DNA of 46,827 bases from an uncultured Gammaproteobacteria bacterium (lineage in GTDB: Bacteria > Pseudomonadota > Gammaproteobacteria > Magnimaribacterales > Magnimaribacteraceae), in the NCBI GenBank assembly GCA_913042105.1, contig CAJWIK010000001.1, positions 1-46,827 on the forward strand. Direction: 5' to 3'. Position numbers and translations under genes: made by a program. The notes beneath the pieces are model-generated. The model saw only the letters and a list, made by a program, of their open reading frames with translations, ran no database searches and was not told where the DNA came from. Shown piece by piece: positions 39,878 to 46,827 of this stretch (its first letter is position 1; each line of letters opens with the position of its first letter).

Positions 39878-41044
39878 TTATTCTTCTATCAAGAATTGAT
39901 AAGTAAGTAGCTTGATATTAGACCAGGCTCTGCCAAAAAATCCCAAGGCAATGACGTCTTGCATTGCTATGAGATCTACAGAGGCTAGAGAATCGCCGTC
40001 CAGAATTAAATCAACTTTTCCGACTACTTGACCTTTCGCTATAGGGGCTTGAAGATAATCATTAAGTTCAATCCTTGGCTCTACTCTAGGAAAATCTCTA
40101 GGAGAAAGAGTTAGAAACAAATCTTCCGAAGAAGACAAATTGACTGCTTCATCTTCCCCTCCCCAGACTTGTTCATTGATAAGAACAGATTGAGTCTCAA
40201 GAACTCTCTTGGTTCTATAGTATCTAAAGCCATAGTCGAGGAGCCTTCTATTATCTGTCAACCTAGCCTTTTCAGTGGAACTTCTTAAAGTAACGGCTAT
40301 TAACCTTGTATCATTTCTTACCCCTGAAGATACTAAACAAAATCCAGCGCTTTCGGTATGTCCAGTTTTAACTCCATCAACAGTTTCGTCTTGCCATAGA
40401 AGACTATTTCTATTTCTTTGCTTAATTTCATTATAAGTAAAGTATTTTTCTTTATAGAGGCTGTAATGATCAGGAAATTTATCTATAAGAGTTTTGGTCA
40501 AAAGTGCCAAATCTCTTGCTGATGAAAAATGCTCGGGGTCTGGCCAACCACTTACATTTTTAAACTGTGTATTTTCCATACCTAACTCTTTTGCATATAA
40601 CTGCATTAGGTCTACAAAACCCTCTTCAGAAACTGCTACATGCTCTGCTATTGCACAACTAGCATCATTACCAGACTGAATAACCATGCCTTTTATTAGG
40701 TCAGACAGTAATACTCTTGTGCCTTCTCGTATAAACATTTTAGAGCCACCCTTTCTCCAGCATTCCTCACTTATAAATACTTCATCTTCAAGGCTAACAA
40801 AGCCTTTTGCTATCTGATCGGCTGCTACATAGCCTGTCATAACTTTAGTAATACTGGCAGGCTCTATCCTCTCATCAGCACCACTTTCTGCCAAAATCCT
40901 TCCAGAAACTGAATCTATTAGAATATAGTTTGTTGCATTAAGAGATGGTGGTTTGGGGATAAAACTTTCTTCTGCAACAATTAAGCCTACAAAACACATA
41001 AGAAATAACCACAGAATTGAAGTAAATTTAAAAAATATTTTCAT
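39878..41044 (-). CDS. dacA: D-alanyl-D-alanine carboxypeptidase (PBP5/6)
   Basis: SxxK PASITK, SGN, KTGHT. Start trimmed to ATG 41044, where the signal peptide begins. Confidence 0.94.
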   Translation of the reverse strand: MKIFFKFTSILWLFLMCFVGLIVAEESFIPKPPSLNATNYILIDSVSGRILAESGADERIEPASITKVMTGYVAADQIAKGFVSLEDEVFISEECWRKGGSKMFIREGTRVLLSDLIKGMVIQSGNDASCAIAEHVAVSEEGFVDLMQLYAKELGMENTQFKNVSGWPDPEHFSSARDLALLTKTLIDKFPDHYSLYKEKYFTYNEIKQRNRNSLLWQDETVDGVKTGHTESAGFCLVSSGVRNDTRLIAVTLRSSTEKARLTDNRRLLDYGFRYYRTKRVLETQSVLINEQVWGGEDEAVNLSSSEDLFLTLSPRDFPRVEPRIELNDYLQAPIAKGQVVGKVDLILDGDSLASVDLIAMQDVIALGFFGRAWSNIKLLTYQFLIEE

Positions 41045-41045
41045 T

Positions 41046-42020
41046 TTATAAGTATTGAGATAAAACATTGCTAAGTTCATAAACAGCCATGACATAAAGC
41101 TTACTGCGATTGTACCTTGATAAAGAGTTATAGTTATCGAAACCAAGCCAGTATTCATAACCTTCACCTAGCTCCAAGGAGATGGGTACAAACTTCAGAT
41201 TTCCAGGCACTGTCTCGCTGGCCTCCAATCCAAGCTTTCCTAACTCTATAGTTGTCATGTATGGTTTAAAAGATGATTTTAAGGACTCGTTTTGATTTAT
41301 GACTTTTGCTTTAATTGCAATAGGAGTATTGGGCTTCCATTTACCTTTTTTATTTAAAAAATTCGCCACACTTCCAATCGCATCGACAGGATTGTTTAAA
41401 ATATCTCTGACTCCATCTTGATCAAAATCTACGGCGTAGTCTCTATAGCTGTCTGGCATAAATTGACCATACCCCATAGCTCCAGCTATTGAACCTTTGA
41501 TTTCTTCTGGATTAAATTGTTCTTCTTTGCTGAGTAATAAAAACTCTTCTAACTGTATTTTAAAAAATTTTGATCTTCTGGGATAATCGAACGCTAGGGT
41601 AGATAGAGAATCTATAACTCTTATATTTCCTTTTATTCTGCCATATCTGGTTTCTATTCCAATAATTGATGCAATAATTTCAGCTGGAACACCATATATG
41701 CTTTCTGCTCTCTTTAGGTCCTCTTTGTGTGAGGATATGAATTCTTTACCTCCAGCAATTCTTGACTCAGTAACCATAATCTCTTTGTATCTAGACCATG
41801 TCATTGTGCCTTCGGGCTGTCTATCCATTATTCTTATAACTCTTTCTTGGAGAAGAGCGTTCGCAAAAATAGACTCCAGATAAGATGCTTCAAAATCATG
41901 TTTTTTTGACATGTACTTAATAAAGTCACCAACATCTTCCCGGGAAGAATAGTCAGCGTAAATTACTTGGAATGAAGAAAAGATTAGAGAAAATATTATG
42001 ACAACTTTTTTTAAATTCAT
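41046..42020 (-). CDS. mltB: Lytic murein transglycosylase B (MltB/SltB1)
   Basis: IIGIETRYG, GSIAGAMGYGQFMPDSY, EF-hand DFDQDG, RYNRSKLY. Start trimmed to ATG 42020. Confidence 0.93.
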   Translation of the reverse strand: MNLKKVVIIFSLIFSSFQVIYADYSSREDVGDFIKYMSKKHDFEASYLESIFANALLQERVIRIMDRQPEGTMTWSRYKEIMVTESRIAGGKEFISSHKEDLKRAESIYGVPAEIIASIIGIETRYGRIKGNIRVIDSLSTLAFDYPRRSKFFKIQLEEFLLLSKEEQFNPEEIKGSIAGAMGYGQFMPDSYRDYAVDFDQDGVRDILNNPVDAIGSVANFLNKKGKWKPNTPIAIKAKVINQNESLKSSFKPYMTTIELGKLGLEASETVPGNLKFVPISLELGEGYEYWLGFDNYNSLSRYNRSKLYVMAVYELSNVLSQYL

Positions 42021-42022
42021 AA

Positions 42023-43138
42023 CTATGTTTTCTTTGTAGAAAGAATAACTCCAAATGCCAATAAATGAACAACTATTGAAGTTCCTCCTTGGCTTATTAA
42101 GGGTAAAGGCACTCCAACGACTGGAATTATACCTATAACCATGAGGACATTGATTAAAATAAATAAAAGAAAAATGAAGCCTAAAGAGCAGCATGCCAAC
42201 CTTTCGAATCTTGATTCTGCGGAATAACCGATTTTGAAAATTCTCCATATAATTATTCCATAAATCATAAAAAGCAGGCTTATGCCGATTAAACCAAATT
42301 CTTCACCAATTACTGAAAAAATAAAATCTGAATGGCTTTCTGGAATAAAATCCAGTTGGCTTTGCGTACCCTCAAGATAGCCTTTTCCATATAAACCTCC
42401 AGAACCAATAGCCGTTTGAGACTGCGCTATGTTCCAGCCTGTACCTAAGGGATCAGCATCTGGATCTAGCAAGGTTAAAACCCTTTCTTGTTGATATGGT
42501 CGCAAACCAGACCATATAAATGGTGCAGAAACTATCAATAAACCAAAATAAGAAGCAATAATTTTGAAAGGCAAGCCTGCCAAATATATTGGTATGAGAC
42601 CTGAAGTAAGAACAATTATTGCCGTACCTAAATCAGGTTGTTTATAGACAAAGAATGCACAAATTAAAGAGGCCGCAGAAGTCACTAACCAGTCAGATAA
42701 TTGAGGCTTTATTTCTTTTCTGCATAAGTAAGCCACTAAAGATAAAGGTAGTATTAATCTTATAATTTCAGATGGTTGAAAAGAAAAGAAACCAAAATCT
42801 ATCCATCGACTTGTTTCATAACCTTTTGCAGGAATTATTAACACATAGACAAGGAGGAGTAACCCCAGCCAATAAGAATGCATTAATAGATTTTTATATG
42901 AATTTGGCCTTAATTGAGAAACAAAAACCATCAGAATTAAACCACCGCAGATATAAATCATTTGGCGGTAAACCATGGACATAGACTGTCCGCTGGCACT
43001 ATAGAGCATAAAAAGACCAAAAGATAAAACGCCGACTAATGAAAAGAAAAGAATTAAATCCTTAAAGATGAAAACCAAAGGGTTAAATCTACTTGATAAA
43101 GGTTTATTTATGGAATAATCAAGAGGACTTCTACTCAT
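42023..43138 (-). CDS. mrdB: Rod shape-determining SEDS glycosyltransferase RodA
   Basis: RWID...FQPSE, QPDLGT, YQQER, AIGSGG, PESHSDFIF, GVPLPLISQGG; follows mrdA. Confidence 0.95.
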   Translation of the reverse strand: MSRSPLDYSINKPLSSRFNPLVFIFKDLILFFSLVGVLSFGLFMLYSASGQSMSMVYRQMIYICGGLILMVFVSQLRPNSYKNLLMHSYWLGLLLLVYVLIIPAKGYETSRWIDFGFFSFQPSEIIRLILPLSLVAYLCRKEIKPQLSDWLVTSAASLICAFFVYKQPDLGTAIIVLTSGLIPIYLAGLPFKIIASYFGLLIVSAPFIWSGLRPYQQERVLTLLDPDADPLGTGWNIAQSQTAIGSGGLYGKGYLEGTQSQLDFIPESHSDFIFSVIGEEFGLIGISLLFMIYGIIIWRIFKIGYSAESRFERLACCSLGFIFLLFILINVLMVIGIIPVVGVPLPLISQGGTSIVVHLLAFGVILSTKKT

Positions 43139-44972
43139 TTGGTTTAAATTTCAGTTGATAGTTTTCTATAAGCTTTTGCGCTATTGGGGCAGCTACTGCG
43201 CTACCAGATTCCCCATTTTCAACAATAACTACAACGGCTAGATTAGGATTTGGAATTGGTCCATAACTGGCAAATAAAGCATGATCTCGATTTTTAATAT
43301 TTTCCCGAACATCTTGATATTCTTCTCTGACTGTCAACTCTTGATCGGTTAAACTTTTTATTTGTGCTGTTCCAGTTTTACCAGCAATCTTAATTCCATT
43401 ATCTCTAAAAAGATTATGGGCTGTTCCGTTCCAAGAGTTAATCACCGCAACCATCGAACTTTCAATGATCTCCCAGTGAATTTCTTTTTCTAATTCAACC
43501 TCCATCAACAGTTCTGGTTTGTATTCTTGTATATTCGAATTACTTATTAATCGGGGTTTAAATATTTTTCCTTTTGTAGCTATTGCTGAAATCGATGCCA
43601 CCAGCTGAAGAGGAGTAGATGTAATATAACCCTGACCAATACCAATGTTTATGGTATCGCCCACAAACCAGGCTTCTCCAATAGTACCTAATTTCCAATT
43701 TCTTGTAGGCAATATACTCTTTGTTTCGTTAAAAAGGTCTATTCCAGTAATGTCTCCAAATCCAAATTTATTTAAAAAATTTGAAATCCTATCAACGGTC
43801 AATTGAGAAGAGAGTTCATAAAAATATACATCTGAGGATTCTACGATAGCTTTTCTTAGATTTACTTTTCCATGCCCTTCTTCTTTCCAGCCTCTGTACT
43901 TTCTTCCGTCTTCTTTAATTTGAAAAAAACCTTTATCTTCAATGATTGTTTTGGGGGTAACTACCCCCTCCTCTAACCCTAATAGTCCTATGAAAGGCTT
44001 GATTGTTGATGCGGGCGGATACGATCCTGAAATTACTCTATTGAAAAAAGGAGCTTGATCCTTAAACACTTTATTGAAAGGCTTACCGTTCTCTGAACCA
44101 TTTAAAACATTTGGATTGTAGTCAGGTGAACTTACAAGAGCTTTTATGTATCCAGTATTTGGGTCAACTGCAATAATTGCCCCTCTCCGGTCAGCCAGCT
44201 CTTCTCTAGCAATCCTTTGTAACTGCAAATCCAGTGTTAAAGTTAAATTTGAAGGTCTTTTAGGAAGGATTCTTTCAAGTTCTCTTATCTTTTTTCCAAA
44301 GACATCAACTTCTATGGCACTTGCACCTGGAAACCCTCTGAGAGATTTCTCATAAACTCTTTCGAGACCTACCTTGCCAATCAGAGAATCAGATAAATAT
44401 TTTTCAGTTGAAAAATAAATCTCGTCGTCTCTAGTTATCCTCCCCATATGCCCAACTACATGTGAAAAAAGATTTTTATGAGGTAAGAATCTTCTCAGGC
44501 TAGTTTCAAGTTTAATATTTGGTAGAGAGTTTTTATAAAGCTCATATCTTGCTAGTTCTTTTTCATTTAAATTATCAACTAGCCATATTTTTTCTTTAAA
44601 TTCTCCTTTATTGGATAAATGGGAAAATTTGGGCCTGTCTTGAAGTACTTTTTTATATAGCAGTTCTATTTGAGCCCCAGAAGAATCAATAAATTTGCGA
44701 TTTATATAAATACCTTGAAAAACTATATTTTCTGCAATGATTGTTCCATCTTGCAGCTGGATTAATCCCCTTGCAGGAAACAAGGGCATATTGATAATTC
44801 TATTTTTATCAGACTCGGTTACATAATCATTATTATCTAAAATAGTTAATTGAATTATTTTAAATAGTCCAGCTAGAATCAAAAAAGAAATAACTACTAG
44901 TACTATGCGCGATCTAGACTTTAAAGATTGAATTTCTTTTTCATCTTTCTTTAAGTCTTGGATTATCTTCAT
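43131..44972 (-). CDS. mrdA: Penicillin-binding protein 2
   Basis: N-terminal TM, PARGLI, GKVGLE, SxxK ASTIK, SSDVYFY, KTGTAQ. Confidence 0.95.
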   Translation of the reverse strand: MKIIQDLKKDEKEIQSLKSRSRIVLVVISFLILAGLFKIIQLTILDNNDYVTESDKNRIINMPLFPARGLIQLQDGTIIAENIVFQGIYINRKFIDSSGAQIELLYKKVLQDRPKFSHLSNKGEFKEKIWLVDNLNEKELARYELYKNSLPNIKLETSLRRFLPHKNLFSHVVGHMGRITRDDEIYFSTEKYLSDSLIGKVGLERVYEKSLRGFPGASAIEVDVFGKKIRELERILPKRPSNLTLTLDLQLQRIAREELADRRGAIIAVDPNTGYIKALVSSPDYNPNVLNGSENGKPFNKVFKDQAPFFNRVISGSYPPASTIKPFIGLLGLEEGVVTPKTIIEDKGFFQIKEDGRKYRGWKEEGHGKVNLRKAIVESSDVYFYELSSQLTVDRISNFLNKFGFGDITGIDLFNETKSILPTRNWKLGTIGEAWFVGDTINIGIGQGYITSTPLQLVASISAIATKGKIFKPRLISNSNIQEYKPELLMEVELEKEIHWEIIESSMVAVINSWNGTAHNLFRDNGIKIAGKTGTAQIKSLTDQELTVREEYQDVRENIKNRDHALFASYGPIPNPNLAVVVIVENGESGSAVAAPIAQKLIENYQLKFKPNE

Positions 44973-44977
44973 CGTTT

Positions 44978-45445
44978 CTATCTATGATAAGGGTGATTTT
45001 GGGTTATGGACCACACTCTAAACATTTGTTCTATAACAACTACTGGAACAATGGAATGTGGAAAGGTTAGATTAGATAAAGACCAGCAGAAATCGCTCTG
45101 TTTAATTACATTCCTGCTCAAACCATCAGGACCGCCGATGATAAAAGCAATATCTCTGGAAGTTGCCACCCAATTATCAAAATTGACCCTTAATTTCTCA
45201 GAGCTTAGATTTGATCCTTCCTTGTCTAGAGAAATAATTAGGTCTCCTTTTTTAACTTTAGACAGAAGTAATATACTTTCTTCTTCAACGACACTAGGAA
45301 CATTATAGTTTTTTGACCTGAGAACTGGCTTACACCCAGTCCAAGTAATATTTATTGATTTATTAAATTTTGATTCGTAAGAATTAAAAGCTTTTTGAGT
45401 CCATTCAGGTCTGCTTGACTCTATTGAAATAAGATTTATTTTCAT
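44978..45445 (-). CDS. rlmH: 23S rRNA (pseudouridine(1915)-N3)-methyltransferase
   Basis: FIIGGPDG, SLSNLTFPH, EQMFR, HPYHR. Confidence 0.97.
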   Translation of the reverse strand: MKINLISIESSRPEWTQKAFNSYESKFNKSINITWTGCKPVLRSKNYNVPSVVEEESILLLSKVKKGDLIISLDKEGSNLSSEKLRVNFDNWVATSRDIAFIIGGPDGLSRNVIKQSDFCWSLSNLTFPHSIVPVVVIEQMFRVWSITQNHPYHR

Positions 45446-45768
45446 TAAAGATCTGGATCCCAGAGACTTTCTAAATCATAAAATTCTCTAGCATCTGAGG
45501 ACATCAAATGAACGATTACATCTCCTGCATCTACAAGCAGCCAATCACCTCCACCTTGACCCTCTATTTTCAATCCAGAAACTTTATCTCCCTTAAGGCC
45601 TTCTATGACCTTTTCACTCATTGAATTAATATGTCGATCAGATGTACCAGAGGCTATGACCATAAAGTCGGTGAGAGAGCTGATCTTTTTTACGTTTATG
45701 GCAATAGGATCAACTGCTTTGATATCTTCTAAAGTTGAGATAATTTTATTTTTTAGTTTTATAGTCAT
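45445..45768 (-). CDS. rsfS: Ribosome silencing factor
   Basis: LEDIKA, DFMVIASGTSDRH, WLLVDAGDVIVH, REFYDLESLW. Confidence 0.97.
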   Translation of the reverse strand: MTIKLKNKIISTLEDIKAVDPIAINVKKISSLTDFMVIASGTSDRHINSMSEKVIEGLKGDKVSGLKIEGQGGGDWLLVDAGDVIVHLMSSDAREFYDLESLWDPDL

Positions 45769-45773
45769 TAGTA

Positions 45774-46415
45774 TTATTGGTAAAGATTTTTTTCCTTTAT
45801 TAAATTATAAACATCGTGATTTAGGAACTTGGATACGTCCTTTTTAGTTGAAATCATATCTCTTATTTCTGTAGACGTAATCATTATAGGGTCAATGGAA
45901 AGAAGAAGGATCTTGCACGTTTGATCTTCTAATTCCTCTACACTATTAACCTGTCTTTCTTTGAGTAATTTTCCGGCTACAGAATCTCCTTCTATTGGGC
46001 AATCTGGTCTCATAAGAATAATAAGATTGACCTCTGCCAAGAATTCTTCATATTTATACCAAGTATCTATATTAGAAAAAGAATCGGAGCCCATTATCCA
46101 AATCAAATTATCATCAGGATTTTCTTTTTTTAGCTCTTTAAAAGTTGATAGACCATAAGAAGGACTTTCTTTTATTATCTCCCTTTTATCGATATGCACT
46201 AATTCAATGTGTTGAAGAGCCAACTCGGTCATAAGAAGTTTATTCTCTAAATTAATACCCTTTGCCTTATGGGGCGGATTACCATTAGGAATAACTATCA
46301 ACTCGTCTAACTGAATTAATTTCAAAAAGTTTTCTATAATAAGAGTGTGGCCATTATGAATAGGATCGAATGTTCCACCGAAGACACCAATCAGCTTTTT
46401 ATGAACTTTCTTCAA
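45774..46415 (-). CDS. nadD: Nicotinate-nucleotide adenylyltransferase
   Basis: [30 protein letters not shown]; TTG start. Confidence 0.96.
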   Translation of the reverse strand: MKKVHKKLIGVFGGTFDPIHNGHTLIIENFLKLIQLDELIVIPNGNPPHKAKGINLENKLLMTELALQHIELVHIDKREIIKESPSYGLSTFKELKKENPDDNLIWIMGSDSFSNIDTWYKYEEFLAEVNLIILMRPDCPIEGDSVAGKLLKERQVNSVEELEDQTCKILLLSIDPIMITSTEIRDMISTKKDVSKFLNHDVYNLIKEKNLYQ

Positions 46416-46827
46416 ATTCCTCTTAATTGTGAATTCCCAATCACGATAAATTTCTGAGACGTTAACCCTTCAAGACCAACTGGACCTCTAGCATGAATTT
46501 TGTCAGTTGATATTCCAACTTCTGCCCCGAGACCATATTCAAAACCATCTGCCCAACAAGTTGGAAGATTATGCATGACGGAGCTAGAATCTACATTCTT
46601 AAAGAATACAGCTACGGCATCTTGATCCTCTGCAATAATAGAATCTGTATGATTAGATCCGTACATTTGAATGTGATCAACCGCTTCAATTAAATTTTCA
46701 ACAATTTTTATAGATAAAATTGGGCCGAGATACTCAGTAGACCAATCTTCTTCTGTAGCTTCTGTAGCATCTATTACTTCTAATGTTTTTTTACAGCCTC
46801 TTAGCTCTACACCTTTATTTAAAAATT
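46412..46827 (-). CDS. proA: Gamma-glutamyl phosphate reductase, 3' part (truncated by window edge)
   Basis: [38 protein letters not shown]; the frame is open to the window end. Confidence 0.96.
   Translation of the reverse strand, partial: FLNKGVELRGCKKTLEVIDATEATEEDWSTEYLGPILSIKIVENLIEAVDHIQMYGSNHTDSIIAEDQDAVAVFFKNVDSSSVMHNLPTCWADGFEYGLGAEVGISTDKIHARGPVGLEGLTSQKFIVIGNSQLRGI

Noticed and set aside
41045-42248. Long N-terminal extensions of dacA (to 41167) and mltB (to 42248), and likewise rluD (to 17059)
   Set aside because: The dacA and mltB extensions overlap upstream genes and their signal peptides begin at the downstream ATGs (41044, 42020); the rluD extension starts at a TTG ahead of the conserved region (ATG 17020).

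Overview
AT-rich, very tightly packed bacterial chromosome segment with short spacers and frequent overlapping start/stop codons. The gene order is gammaproteobacterial, and the style suggests a streamlined marine lineage such as SAR86 (inference only). Most of the window is core housekeeping: ilvIHC-pssA, rluD-pgeF/bamD, rsmD, trxA-rho, ilvD, aroQ-accBC-leuS-lptE-holA, and proA-nadD-rsfS-rlmH-mrdA-rodA-mltB-dacA-dat. A stand-alone tRNA-Ile(GAU) and a penicillin-acylase-family gene lie at the left end. Three accessory modules stand out. (1) A heme-uptake locus with a Fur box: TonB receptor, hmuTUV, a split-barrel/DUF2470 protein, and an apparent DUF2470-siderophore-interacting-protein fusion in place of a canonical HmuS/HemO/HutWXZ. 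(2) An operon of flavin reductase, a His-rich DUF4399 protein, and three tandem paralogous ~765-aa DUF5916-type predicted outer-membrane barrels with CBM9/DOMON-like N-terminal domains. (3) A stand-alone N-terminal DsbD domain gene overlapping head-to-head with a PCu(A)C copper chaperone gene. I found no CRISPR array, integrase, transposase or rRNA. All family calls come from motif recognition by eye, not database searches.
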